From: Deltaproteobacteria bacterium
GTDB taxonomy: Bacteria > CG2-30-53-67
Length of the DNA: 62,241 nucleotides
Reading direction: 5' to 3'
Assembly (NCBI GenBank): GCA_013151235.1
Contig: JAADIO010000023.1
Span: 1 to 62,241, forward strand
The position numbers were made by a program, and so were the translations under genes. The notes beneath the pieces are model-generated. The model did not search any database. It saw only the letters and a list, made by a program, of their open reading frames with translations, and was not told the origin of the DNA. Every line of letters begins with the position of its first letter. Position 1 is the stretch's first letter. Below are positions 28,857-38,681 of this stretch, piece after piece.

Positions 28857-29924
28857 CTACTTTGAACGAACGTAATTTACCACAATATCACCGATCTCCG
28901 TCGTGGAGTGCCCCATCCTGCCGGCGGACATACTTTTCATCTCCTTCGCAATCGTCCGCATCACCGCCTTCTCGATCCTCTCCGCGGCGGAGGTCTCCCC
29001 GAGGTAGTCGAGCATCATCTGCCCGGCGCAGATGGCCGCCAGGGGGTTTATGACGTTCTTTCCGGTATATTTCGGTGCCGATCCCCCGATCGGCTCGAAC
29101 ATCGAGGTCCCTTCGGGATTGATGTTCCCGCCGGCGGCGATTCCCATCCCCCCCTGGGTGATCGCCCCTAAATCGGTGATGATGTCTCCGAACATGTTAT
29201 CGGTGACGATAACGTCGAACCATTCCGGATTCTTCACCATCCACATGCAGGTGGCGTCGACATGGGCGTAGTCGGTTTCAATATCGGGGTAATCCTTCGC
29301 CACCTCGTGGAAGGTCCGTTCCCAGAGATCGAAGGCAAAGGTCAACACATTGGTCTTGCCGCAGAGGGTCAGCTTGTTCTTCCGGTTTCTCTTCCTGCAG
29401 TATTCAAAGGCATAGCGGATGCATCGCTCCACCCCTTTGCGGCTGTTGATCGATTCCTGGATCGCGACCTCGTCCGCCGTCCCCTTTTTCAGGAATCCCC
29501 CGGCCCCGCAGTAAAGACCCTCCGTGTTCTCCCGCACCACCACGTAGTCGATCTCCTCCGGCCCCTTGTCACGCAAAGGGGTTTCCACCCCGGGGTAGAG
29601 CTTGACCGGCCGGAGGTTGATATACTGATCGAGGGCGAAGCGGGCCTTGAGGAGGATTCCCTTCTCCAGGATCCCCGGTTTCACATCGGGATGGCCGATC
29701 GCCCCTAAATAGATGGCATCAAGATCCCGGAACTCCTCAATGGCCGAATCGGGAAGAATCTCTCCCGTCTTCATATAGCGTTCGCCCCCGAAATCATAAG
29801 ACGTCAGATCAAAGGAGAATCCCTCCATTTCAGCCGCCGCCTTCATAACCTTGACCCCTTCCGCCAGGACCTCCGGTCCCGTTCCGTCTCCCCCCATCAA
29901 TCCGATCTTATAGATCTTTTCCAT
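28857..29924 (-). CDS. leuB: 3-isopropylmalate dehydrogenase
   Basis: GDGTGPEV, VRENTEG, DNMFGDIITD, EPIGGSAP; follows leuCD. Confidence 0.92.
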   Translation of the reverse strand: MEKIYKIGLMGGDGTGPEVLAEGVKVMKAAAEMEGFSFDLTSYDFGGERYMKTGEILPDSAIEEFRDLDAIYLGAIGHPDVKPGILEKGILLKARFALDQYINLRPVKLYPGVETPLRDKGPEEIDYVVVRENTEGLYCGAGGFLKKGTADEVAIQESINSRKGVERCIRYAFEYCRKRNRKNKLTLCGKTNVLTFAFDLWERTFHEVAKDYPDIETDYAHVDATCMWMVKNPEWFDVIVTDNMFGDIITDLGAITQGGMGIAAGGNINPEGTSMFEPIGGSAPKYTGKNVINPLAAICAGQMMLDYLGETSAAERIEKAVMRTIAKEMKSMSAGRMGHSTTEIGDIVVNYVRSK

Positions 29925-30008
29925 CGTTTTTCCTTTCCATAAAAGAATCGCTGTCCGCACTCAGTTTTCAGAGGCCGGCAAAAAATGACTGAAGAACTGC
30001 ACCTGAAA

Positions 30009-30497
30009 CTATATCTTCTGTTTTACGTACGCCATCAACCCTCCGGCGGCAATCAGCTCCTGCATGAAAGGAGGAACGGAGACCGAGGCGAACTCCCGGC
30101 CGGTCGTTCTGTTCCGGATCACACCGGTTTCCATTTCCACCTCGATTTCATCCCCCTCGGAGATCCCGGCAACCGCCTCCTCCGACTCAAAGATCGGAAG
30201 CCCCATGTTGAAGGCATTCCGGTAAAAGATCCGGGCGAACGATTTCGCAATCACCGCCGAGACCCCGGCCGCCTTGATGGCGATCGGCGCGTGTTCACGG
30301 GAGGAACCGCAGCCGAAGTTCTTCTCCGCAACGATCAGATCCCCCGGCGTCATCCTGTTCATGAATTCCGGATCGGCATCCTCCATGCAGTGTTTCGCCA
30401 ATTCCTGCGGATCGGAGGTATTAAGATACCGAGCCGGTATAATCTGGTCCGTATCGACATCCCGGCCGAACTTCCAGCCCTTTCCTTTAATCTGCAT
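30009..30497 (-). CDS. leuD: 3-isopropylmalate dehydratase small subunit
   Basis: DTDQIIPARYL, NFGCGSSREHA, FARIFYRN. Confidence 0.95.
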   Translation of the reverse strand: MQIKGKGWKFGRDVDTDQIIPARYLNTSDPQELAKHCMEDADPEFMNRMTPGDLIVAEKNFGCGSSREHAPIAIKAAGVSAVIAKSFARIFYRNAFNMGLPIFESEEAVAGISEGDEIEVEMETGVIRNRTTGREFASVSVPPFMQELIAAGGLMAYVKQKI

Positions 30498-30516
30498 TTT
30501 GTGATCCTCCAAGGGT

Positions 30517-30694
30517 GATGAAATCGTAAAAAGTCGTTTTCCGGATTCCGTTCATGGTTCGACAGCCTCACCACGAACGGAACATCAATCACTTACACCG
30601 TTCGCCCTGAGCACGGCTCTCCTGAGTATGTCGAAGGGTCTGTCCTGAGCCGGTCGAAGGGTCGAAGGGCTTCGTGACTTTTTACGAGACCATC
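30517..30694. mobile_element. MITE family B carrying REP-like hairpins
   Basis: TIR GATGAAATCGTAAAAAGTC / GACTTTTTACGAGACCATC; AAGGGT duplicated at 30511-30516 and 30695-30700. Confidence 0.82.
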
Positions 30695-30742
30695 AAGGGT
30701 TTAAGGATTCACGGTGGTTTTCTTTTGCCTTCCCCCGTGACA

Positions 30743-30761
30743 CCCCGTGTCCCCCGTGGTT
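30743..30761. repeat. 19-bp repeat CCCCGTGTCCCCCGTGGTT (second copy 45154-45172)
   Basis: Identical sequence in two intergenic regions, both next to T-rich low-complexity tracts. Confidence 0.7.
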
Positions 30762-30838
30762 AATGTCTTTCGGTTTTTGCTTTCGCCTTTGATTTTACTT
30801 TGCCGCTTTGTGCCTTTGTGTCTCGGTTTTTACCTGTT

Positions 30839-32101
30839 TTATACAACTTCCTCCGGATGGGTAATCCGTCCCGTCACGGCCGAGGCGGCCGCCACGGCGG
30901 GATTTGCAAGATAGACTTCACTCTCCGGATGTCCCATCCGTCCGACGAAGTTCCGGTTTGTCGTGGCCACGGCCCGTTCCCCTTTGGCGAGGATTCCCAT
31001 GTAACCTCCCAGGCAGGGACCGCAGGTCGGGGTACTGACGGCGGCTCCCGCTTCGATGAAGATATCGAGGAGCCCCTCCTTCATCGCCGCACGGTAGATC
31101 TGCTGCGTGGCCGGGATGACGATCATCCGCACATATTTCGCCACCTTCTTTCCCCGGATCACTTCCGCCGCCTCCCGGAGGTCCGGAAGTCGTCCGTTCG
31201 TACAGGAACCGACCACCACCTGATCGATGGTGATCTCCGAGGCCTCCCCTACACCATGAACGTTCTCCGGCAGATGAGGAAAGGCAACCTGCGGTTCAAG
31301 TTTCGAACAGTCGTATTCCCGAACGTCGCAGTAGGATGCGTCCGGATCGCTGAAGTAGAAGAGCGGTTTGCGCCGGGCACGCCCCGTGACATACTGCTCG
31401 GTAATGGCGTCCGGAGCGATGATTCCGTTCTTGCCGCCCGCTTCAATGGCCATGTTGGCCATCGTAAGGCGGTGTTCCATGGGGAGGGTTTCGATCACCT
31501 CGCCGGTGAACTCCATGGCCCTGTAGAGGGCACCGTCGACACCAATCTCCCCGATGGTATGAAGAATCAGATCCTTGCCTCCCACCCACTTCGGGAGCTT
31601 CCCCCTGTAGATGAACTTCATCGATTCGGGGACCTTGAACCAGGTCTCACCGGTGATAAAGGCCGCGGCAAGGTCGGTGGATCCCATGCCGGTGGAAAAA
31701 GCGCCGAGCGCACCGTAAGTGCAGGTATGAGAATCCGCACCGATCACAATGTCCCCCGGTACGACGATCCCCTGCTCCGGCAGGAGGGCGTGCTCCACCC
31801 CCATCTGACCGACCTCGAAGTAATAAGTCAGGTCCTGCTCCCGGGCGAAATCACGGAGGATCTTACATTGCTCCGCCGAGTCGATATCCTTGTTGGGGGA
31901 GAAATGGTCCGGCACGAGCACAACGCGCTCCCGGTCGAAGACCCGTTCCGCACCCGACTCCCGGAATTTCTTTATCGCAATCGGCGCCGTGATGTCGTTG
32001 GCCAGGGCGATATCGACCTTGGCCGTGATCAGTTCCCCCGGCTCGACTTTATCCTTTCCGGCGTGAGCCGCAAGGATCTTTTCGGTAATCGTCATTCCCA
32101 T
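30839..32101 (-). CDS. leuC: 3-isopropylmalate dehydratase large subunit (short type)
   Basis: [27 protein letters not shown]. Confidence 0.95.
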   Translation of the reverse strand: MGMTITEKILAAHAGKDKVEPGELITAKVDIALANDITAPIAIKKFRESGAERVFDRERVVLVPDHFSPNKDIDSAEQCKILRDFAREQDLTYYFEVGQMGVEHALLPEQGIVVPGDIVIGADSHTCTYGALGAFSTGMGSTDLAAAFITGETWFKVPESMKFIYRGKLPKWVGGKDLILHTIGEIGVDGALYRAMEFTGEVIETLPMEHRLTMANMAIEAGGKNGIIAPDAITEQYVTGRARRKPLFYFSDPDASYCDVREYDCSKLEPQVAFPHLPENVHGVGEASEITIDQVVVGSCTNGRLPDLREAAEVIRGKKVAKYVRMIVIPATQQIYRAAMKEGLLDIFIEAGAAVSTPTCGPCLGGYMGILAKGERAVATTNRNFVGRMGHPESEVYLANPAVAAASAVTGRITHPEEVV

Positions 32102-32165
32102 GATTTTTGTCACCCTCCACCTGATTATTTCACCTTCCGCGAGGGAGGGTGAAATAATCAAATCA

Positions 32166-32199
32166 CCCCCACCCTGACCCTCCCCCAAGGGGGAGGGGA
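32166..32199. repeat. REP-like GC hairpin
   Basis: CCCTCCCCC-AA-GGGGGAGGG preceded by CCCCACCCTGA. Confidence 0.55.
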
Positions 32200-32343
32200 A
32201 AATTACAATACATCAATCTTACAAAAACCCCATACACCTCTTAAGATTCTGTTGCAAATGCCGCAGATGCAAGGCGCGACATTATTTGTCGAATGAGGCG
32301 TACTTCCTCGTACGCCGCAGATGGGGTTATGCACACAATCGTG

Positions 32344-32584
32344 GTAACGACTCAGGTTGCCCCGGTTTTGTTGCAGGGCAAGGAGCGAGGAGCGCACAAC
32401 CGGAAGCGTATATGTAATACGCTGAGGATTCAAGCACCGCAGCACCTCAAGATACCCTATTTTCATAGCCGCTGAAAGCGGCAACAAAAATATAAAGCGA
32501 GACACGCGACGCTCCGTAACATTGTTACGGAGCAGCAAGCGTAACGCCGCCATGCAGCAAAAGAGGGGTGAGATGAGTCGTTAC
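32344..32584. mobile_element. MITE family A, second copy
   Basis: GTAACGACTCA...TGAGTCGTTAC ends; shares internal blocks GAGGAGCGC, TGAGGATT, AGCACCGCA, AGCCGCTGAAAGCGGCAA with 2419-2640; no TSD visible. Confidence 0.82.
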
Positions 32585-34104
32585 TATTTACGGTTGCGCC
32601 TCCAGTGCTCCAGCCGATTCAACGCATTCACGTAGGCCCGGGCGGAGGCGAGGATGATGTCGGTGTCGGCCCCCTGCCCGATGAAAATCTTCTCCCCGTC
32701 CCGGACGCGGGTCGTCACCTCCCCCTGGGCGTCTGTGCCGCCGGTGATCCCCTTGACGAAATACCCGACAAGAGGAGAGTCGTTCTTCGCGATCTTCCTG
32801 ATCGCCGAATAGACGGCGTCAACGGGACCGTCCCCGGTTGATTCCACGGTCACACACTCCCCGTCCACACACATCCGGACTTTCGCCCGCGGAGCTTTCC
32901 CCGTGACGCTGTGGGCCTCGACCGACTCCAACTCATAGATATCCGGAATCCGATAGACCTCGTCGGCAATCAGCGCCACGATATCCTCATCGAAGATCTC
33001 TTTCTTGGCATCGGCCAGGATTTTGAAACGGTCAAAGGCCCGATCGATCTCCTCATCGTTCAACCGGTACCCCATCTCTTCAAGACGGGTCCGAAAGGCA
33101 TGCCTGCCGGAATGTTTCCCGAGAACGAGCGTACTCTTTGCCAACCCGATCGACTCGGGGGTCATGATCTCGTAGGTCTCCTGTTTCTTGAGAAAACCGT
33201 CCTGGTGAATCCCCGACTCATGGGCGAAGGCATTCGCCCCGACGACCGCCTTGTTGGCCTGCACCAACATCCCCGTAATGTTACTGACCAGACGCGAACT
33301 CTGGTAGATTTTTTCCGTCTCGATATTTGTGGTCACACCGAAGAGATTTTTCCGGGTCCGGACCGCCATGACCGTCTCTTCCAGGGAAGCATTTCCGGCC
33401 CGTTCCCCCAGCCCGTTGATGGTGCATTCCACCTGACGGGCGCCGTTCTGTACGGCGGCCAGGGAGTTGGCCACGGCCAGTCCCAGATCGTTATGACAGT
33501 GGACACTGATCACGGCCCGGTCGATATTTTCGACCTTCTCCCGGATCACGGCAATGAGCCTTCCGAATTCATCGGGAATGGCATAACCCACGGTATCGGG
33601 GATGTTCACGGTGGTCGCCCCGGCATCGATGACCGCCCCGATTACTCGGCAGAGATAGTCCACGTCGGAACGGGCGGCATCCTCGGCGGAAAATTCCACA
33701 TCCTCCGTATATTTCTTCGCTCGCCGGACGGCCCGGACGGCCTGTTCCAGGACCTCCTCCCGGGACTTCTTCAGTTTAAACTGAAGGTGGAGATCGGAGG
33801 TCGCGATAAAAATATGGATTCGTGCCCGCTCCGCCTCACGCACCGCCTCCCACGCCCGGTCGATATCCTTCTCCGTGGCCCGGGCGAGACCGCAGATCAC
33901 CGGCCCCTTCACCGTTCGGGCAACTTCCCGGACCGATTCAAAATCCCCGGGGGACGCGATCGGAAACCCCGCCTCGATGATATCGACCTTCAGCGCCGCT
34001 AACTGCCGGGCCACACGAATCTTCTCCGCGAGGTTCATGCTGCATCCGGGTGACTGCTCCCCATCCCGAAGGGTCGTGTCGAATATTCGTACGATCTTTT
34101 CCAT
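32584..34104 (-). CDS. leuA: 2-isopropylmalate synthase
   Basis: [33 protein letters not shown], regulatory domain GDGPVDA. Confidence 0.97.
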   Translation of the reverse strand: MEKIVRIFDTTLRDGEQSPGCSMNLAEKIRVARQLAALKVDIIEAGFPIASPGDFESVREVARTVKGPVICGLARATEKDIDRAWEAVREAERARIHIFIATSDLHLQFKLKKSREEVLEQAVRAVRRAKKYTEDVEFSAEDAARSDVDYLCRVIGAVIDAGATTVNIPDTVGYAIPDEFGRLIAVIREKVENIDRAVISVHCHNDLGLAVANSLAAVQNGARQVECTINGLGERAGNASLEETVMAVRTRKNLFGVTTNIETEKIYQSSRLVSNITGMLVQANKAVVGANAFAHESGIHQDGFLKKQETYEIMTPESIGLAKSTLVLGKHSGRHAFRTRLEEMGYRLNDEEIDRAFDRFKILADAKKEIFDEDIVALIADEVYRIPDIYELESVEAHSVTGKAPRAKVRMCVDGECVTVESTGDGPVDAVYSAIRKIAKNDSPLVGYFVKGITGGTDAQGEVTTRVRDGEKIFIGQGADTDIILASARAYVNALNRLEHWRRNRK

Positions 34105-34167
34105 GGCATCCATCCCCGAGGGCTTCCGGTTAAAAATGGAAAGAGAGAGAGGGCCTGAGTCGTTACG

Positions 34168-34451
34168 AAAAAAAGACCCCCGCCTCAAGCTCATAACTCT
34201 CACAAGCCAGGGACGAGGGTCTGATGCAGCCCACGTGGTACCACCCTGATTCAGCAAAACGGGACAGCCCCCGCTCCGCCCTTCATTATATGGGTGAGAT
34301 AACGGTCACAAACCGGCGAAAACTACTGCGTCCCTTACGGAAACGGTTCCCCTTCGCGACTCCAAGGCGAGTTCAAAGGCCCCTGTGCCGGTTCGCACCA
34401 CCCACCGGCTCTCTGAAACAGGGGAAGCTTCTACTACTCCTTATCATCGTC
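34168..34451 (-). promoter_or_regulatory. T-box riboswitch, Leu (CUC specifier), with intrinsic terminator
   Basis: Minus strand: stem I GATAAGGAGTAGTAG...CAGAGAGCCGGTGGGTGGTGCGAACCGG...GAA-CTC-GCC, AGTA, CCGTTATC, T-box AATCAGGGTGGTACCACG, terminator AGACCCTCG...GGGGGTCTTTTTTT. Confidence 0.93.
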
Positions 34452-34455
34452 AATT

Positions 34456-35214
34456 CTATCTTTTTACTACATCTTCATCATCAATGTCAAGTACATCAAT
34501 CGATTTTCTGTGACGGATTCCTTCGACCACGCCGGAAAGAGCATAGGTCACGGCAATCAGGAAGAGAACAATCTCCGGTTTTGCCGCGATCACCAACGCC
34601 CCCAGGATCGAGAAAACCAGGATCTTGAAGGGACGCCGTTTGACCAGGTCAACATCCTTGAAACTGTAGTACCGGATGTTACTCACCATGAGAAAGGCCG
34701 TGAGAAGAACCACAATCACGAACCAGAAGGGCTTGTCCGACTCCGAATAGCCGAAAATCTCATGATAGGCAATCACGGACGTGGCGACCACACCGGCCCC
34801 GGCCGGAATCGGCAATCCGACGAAATATTTTTTGTCCACCACCTCGACGTCGGCATTAAACCGGGCAAGGCGGAAGGCCCCGGCCAACACGAAGAGAAAG
34901 GCCGCCAGCCAGCCGACCCGTCCGAAGGGCTTGAGCGCCCAGAGAAAACTTAAGATCGCCGGCGCCATCCCGAATGTCACAAGGTCGGAAAGGGAATCGT
35001 ATTCCACGCCGAAGCGGGAGGTGGTATGGGTCCACCGGGCGATCTTGCCGTCCAGGGAATCAAAAAGCCCGCCCAGGATAATCGCTACCGCCGCCCGCTC
35101 ATAATCGCCCAGGACGGAGGCGATGATGGAATAAAAACCGAGAAAGAGATTCCCCGAGGTAAAGATATTCGGGAGAAGATGGATCCCCCGTGGACGGTCA
35201 GCGGCTTTATTCAT
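34456..35214 (-). CDS. pssA: CDP-diacylglycerol--serine O-phosphatidyltransferase (subclass II)
   Basis: LPNIFT, DSLDGKIAR...FGVEYDSLSD, FRLARFN. Confidence 0.95.
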   Translation of the reverse strand: MNKAADRPRGIHLLPNIFTSGNLFLGFYSIIASVLGDYERAAVAIILGGLFDSLDGKIARWTHTTSRFGVEYDSLSDLVTFGMAPAILSFLWALKPFGRVGWLAAFLFVLAGAFRLARFNADVEVVDKKYFVGLPIPAGAGVVATSVIAYHEIFGYSESDKPFWFVIVVLLTAFLMVSNIRYYSFKDVDLVKRRPFKILVFSILGALVIAAKPEIVLFLIAVTYALSGVVEGIRHRKSIDVLDIDDEDVVKR

Positions 35215-35220
35215 ACCGGG

Positions 35221-36234
35221 CTATTTCTTTTCCTTCACCAGTTTTTCCTTCTGGAGCCAGCTCATCATGGAACGGAGTTTCTTGCCGACCGTTTCAATCG
35301 GGTGGGCCAGTCCCTTGTTCCGCAGGGCATTCAACACCGGCGCATTCACCCGGTTCTCCAGCATCCATTCCCGGGCGAACTCCCCGTTCTGGATCTCCCC
35401 CAAGATCTCCTTCATGGCGGCCCTCGATTCCTTTCCGATCACGCGAGGACCGCGGGTCAGATCACCATACTCCGCGGTATTGCTAACCGAGTAACGCATG
35501 TTCGCAATCCCGCCCTCCTGGATGAGATCGACGATCAGCTTCAGTTCATGGAGACATTCAAAATACGCCATTTCCGGTGCATATCCGGCTTCAACCAGTG
35601 TCTCGAACCCGGCCATCACCAGTTCACTGCACCCGCCGCAGAGGACGGCCTGTTCGCCGAACAGATCGGTCTCCGTCTCTTCCTTGAAGGTCGTCTCAAT
35701 CACTCCGGCCCGGCCGGCTCCGATGGCACGGGCATAAGCCAGGGCAACCTTTTTGGTATTCTTCGAAGGGTCCTGAAAAATGGCGATCAGGGACGGCACT
35801 CCGCTTTTCTGGAGATACTCATGACGCACGAGATGTCCCGGACCTTTGGGAGCGACCATCATGACATTTACATCCGCCGGCGGCACGATCTGCCCATAGT
35901 GGATATTGAATCCGTGGGAAAAGCTGAGGATATTCCCCTTCTTTACGTGAGGGGCGATCTCGCTTCGATAAACCTCGCCCTGGACCTCATCCGGCAGGAG
36001 GATATGAATCACATCCCCCCAGGCCGCAGCCTCCGCCACGGTCATGGCGGTCATTCCATCCTTCCCGGCCTGCTTCCACCCGCGGGAACCTTTCCGGACG
36101 CCGACCACTACGTTCATTTTGCTGTCCCGGAGATTCTGAGCCTGGGCATGTCCCTGGCTCCCGTATCCAATAACGGCAATCTTCCTTTTCTTTAAAAGCG
36201 CCGGATCCGCATCCTTGTCATAATAGATCTTCAT
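35221..36234 (-). CDS. ilvC: Ketol-acid reductoisomerase
   Basis: [27 protein letters not shown]. Confidence 0.98.
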   Translation of the reverse strand: MKIYYDKDADPALLKKRKIAVIGYGSQGHAQAQNLRDSKMNVVVGVRKGSRGWKQAGKDGMTAMTVAEAAAWGDVIHILLPDEVQGEVYRSEIAPHVKKGNILSFSHGFNIHYGQIVPPADVNVMMVAPKGPGHLVRHEYLQKSGVPSLIAIFQDPSKNTKKVALAYARAIGAGRAGVIETTFKEETETDLFGEQAVLCGGCSELVMAGFETLVEAGYAPEMAYFECLHELKLIVDLIQEGGIANMRYSVSNTAEYGDLTRGPRVIGKESRAAMKEILGEIQNGEFAREWMLENRVNAPVLNALRNKGLAHPIETVGKKLRSMMSWLQKEKLVKEKK

Positions 36235-36250
36235 AAACTTCCTCCTGTCT

Positions 36251-36727
36251 TTATCCTCTGGACATGGCCGTCAGGCCCGTCCGCACGATTCCCTTGATCC
36301 CCAAGGGCTTTAACATATTGATCATTCCGTTGACTTTTCCCTCGCTTCCGGTCACCTCGATCGTGTAGTGGGCGTGGCTTGCATCCACCACCTTGGCCCG
36401 GAAAATATCGACAATCCGGAGTGCTTCGGCACGATGTTCCGCCTTGGCCGAGACCTTGATCAGGACCAGCTCCCGATTGATGAAGTCCGCTTCCGTCGAA
36501 TAATCGATCACCTTGATCACGTTGATCAGCTTGTTCAGTTGTTTCGTAATCTGTTCCAGGATCCGGTCATCCCCCCGGGTCACAAGAGTCATCTGCGACA
36601 GAGCCGGATCAAGTGTGGGAGCGACATTCAGGCTTTCGATATTAAATCCCCGGCCGCTGAAAAGACCGGATACCCGGGCCAGAACACCGAATTTGTTTTC
36701 CACCAGAACGGAGATGGTATGACGCAT
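36251..36727 (-). CDS. ilvN: Acetolactate synthase small subunit
   Basis: [33 protein letters not shown]. Confidence 0.96.
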   Translation of the reverse strand: MRHTISVLVENKFGVLARVSGLFSGRGFNIESLNVAPTLDPALSQMTLVTRGDDRILEQITKQLNKLINVIKVIDYSTEADFINRELVLIKVSAKAEHRAEALRIVDIFRAKVVDASHAHYTIEVTGSEGKVNGMINMLKPLGIKGIVRTGLTAMSRG

Positions 36728-36791
36728 AATTCCCTGAATCCTTTGAATGGTTTCGGACAACACGCAGCGGTTTGCTGCGGACCGGTTCTAC

Positions 36792-38537
36792 CTATCCGGT
36801 GATCCGGTCGGCCTGGTCGGAGGTCAGTTTCTTCTTCCCCCGTTTCTCCTCAAAGATCATCTCATCGATCGCCGCTCCCGCCGGCACCATCGGCATCACG
36901 TTGGCCTCCCGGTCGATCACGAAATCGAGAAGGACCGTGTTTTTGATGGAGATGGCCTCCCGAACGGCATCGGGAACATCTTCTTTTTTCGTCACCCGGA
37001 TCCCTACCGCCCCGTAGGCCTCGGCCAGTTTCACGAAGTCGGGACCACTCTGCAGGCAGGTTGAAGAGTACCGGCAGTCATAAAAAAGCTGCTGCCACTG
37101 CCGGACCATCCCGAGAAAACGATTATCAAGAATGGCGATATTCACCGGCAGACGGTGCTGAACGGCCGTGGCCAGTTCCTGAATATTCATCTGGATGCTG
37201 CCGTCCCCTGCGATATCGAAGACCACCCGGTCGGGACAGGCAAACTGCGCACCGATTGCCGCGGGAAAACCATATCCCATCGTCCCCAGTCCCCCGGAGG
37301 TGAGGAATTGGCGAGGGGATTGAAATTTATAGAACTGGGCGGCCCACATCTGGTTCTGACCGACTTCGGTCGTGATGATGGCCTTGCCTTTCGTCGCCTT
37401 ATAAATCTCTTCCACCACGTATTGCGGAGCAATCTTTCCCTTGCGTGTACGATAGATCAAGGGACGCTTTTCCCGCCACTGCGCAAGCCGGTCAAGCCAT
37501 GCTTTATGTTTTGCTTTCCAGCCTGCGCCGCGCACAGCGGAAATCAGCTTGTTCAGTTCCCGCAGGGTATTCCGGCAATCTCCGACGATCGGGACATCGA
37601 CACGGACGTTTTTCTTGATCGATGTCGGATCAATATCAATATGGACAATCTCCGCCTTGGGCGCAAAGGCATCGATCCTGCCGGTCACCCGGTCATCGAA
37701 GCGGGCGCCGACGGCAACAATGAGATCGGCATTCTGGAGGGCCAGGTTGGCGACATAGGTCCCGTGCATACCGGGCATTCCGAGAAAGAGCACATCCTCC
37801 CCGGGAAATCCGCCCAGCCCCATCAGGGTACTCGTCACCGGAATCCAGGTCTTTTTGGCAATTTTCTTCAGCTCCTCTGCAGCCCCGGAGAGGATCACTC
37901 CGCCTCCCGTGAACAGAACCGGTCGTTCCGCTTTCCGCATCAACGACACCGCCCGCTTGATCTGCTGAAGGTTCCCGTGCAGGGTCGGTTTGAAACCCTT
38001 CAGATCGACCTTCGACGGATAAACAAATTCCGTCTTGTTCACCGAGACATCCTTGGGAAGATCGATCAAAACCGGTCCTTTGCGTCCCGTCGTGGCGATA
38101 TGAAAAGCCTCCTTGATGGTCGAAGCCAGTTTGGAGACATCGCTGACCAGATAGTTGTGCTTGGTGCAGGGGCGAGTGATCCCGACGATGTCCGCCTCCT
38201 GGAAGGCGTCGTTTCCGATCATCGACATCGGGACCTGGCCGGTAAAGATCACAAGAGGAATCGAATCCATATAGGCCGTGGCAATGCCGGTCACTGTATT
38301 GGTGGCGCCGGGACCGGAGGTTACCAGGACCACGCCCGGTTTTCCCGAGGCACGGGCATAGCCGTCGGCCGCGTGGACGGCCCCCTGCTCATGCTTGGTC
38401 AGGATATGACGGATCTCCCGCTGTTGATGAAGGACATCATAGATATTCAGCACCACTCCGCCGGGGTAACCAAAGAGGGTATCGACCCCTTCCTTTTTCA
38501 GACATTCCACAAAGATTTCGGCACCGGAAAGTTTCAT
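36792..38537 (-). CDS. ilvB: Acetolactate synthase large subunit
   Basis: FGYPGG, TSGPGATN, GDGSIQMN, GMVRQWQ. Confidence 0.97.
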   Translation of the reverse strand: MKLSGAEIFVECLKKEGVDTLFGYPGGVVLNIYDVLHQQREIRHILTKHEQGAVHAADGYARASGKPGVVLVTSGPGATNTVTGIATAYMDSIPLVIFTGQVPMSMIGNDAFQEADIVGITRPCTKHNYLVSDVSKLASTIKEAFHIATTGRKGPVLIDLPKDVSVNKTEFVYPSKVDLKGFKPTLHGNLQQIKRAVSLMRKAERPVLFTGGGVILSGAAEELKKIAKKTWIPVTSTLMGLGGFPGEDVLFLGMPGMHGTYVANLALQNADLIVAVGARFDDRVTGRIDAFAPKAEIVHIDIDPTSIKKNVRVDVPIVGDCRNTLRELNKLISAVRGAGWKAKHKAWLDRLAQWREKRPLIYRTRKGKIAPQYVVEEIYKATKGKAIITTEVGQNQMWAAQFYKFQSPRQFLTSGGLGTMGYGFPAAIGAQFACPDRVVFDIAGDGSIQMNIQELATAVQHRLPVNIAILDNRFLGMVRQWQQLFYDCRYSSTCLQSGPDFVKLAEAYGAVGIRVTKKEDVPDAVREAISIKNTVLLDFVIDREANVMPMVPAGAAIDEMIFEEKRGKKKLTSDQADRITG

Positions 38538-38585
38538 GCGACTCTACCTCGACAAATCTACAGGAGCTGTGTACGTGAATGGGAG

Positions 38586-38614
38586 ACTTTATCACCCTTG
38601 CCCGGAAAAGACAA
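38586..38614 (-). promoter_or_regulatory. Putative sigma70 promoter for ilvBNC-pssA
   Basis: TTGTCT-17 bp-TAAAGT about 50 bp upstream of ilvB. Confidence 0.45.
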
Positions 38615-38681
38615 GCGGAAATTGGATCCAAATTCGGCATGGCTCCCATCGCAGGGAGCTGTAAAACGGAGGGAAAGAAGG

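Noticed and set aside
30600..30830. Possible CRISPR array from repeated GTCGAAGGG and CCCCGTG motifs
   Set aside because: Repeats are too short and irregularly spaced, with no unique spacers and no cas genes.
30009..32101. Short LeuC/LeuD as homoaconitase of lysine or coenzyme B synthesis
   Set aside because: Context with leuA, leuB and a Leu T-box supports isopropylmalate isomerase.
34105..34257. 51-aa N-terminal extension of LeuA, or a leader peptide
   Set aside because: It overlaps the T-box antiterminator and terminator; homology starts at [11 protein letters not shown] and there is no Leu-codon run.
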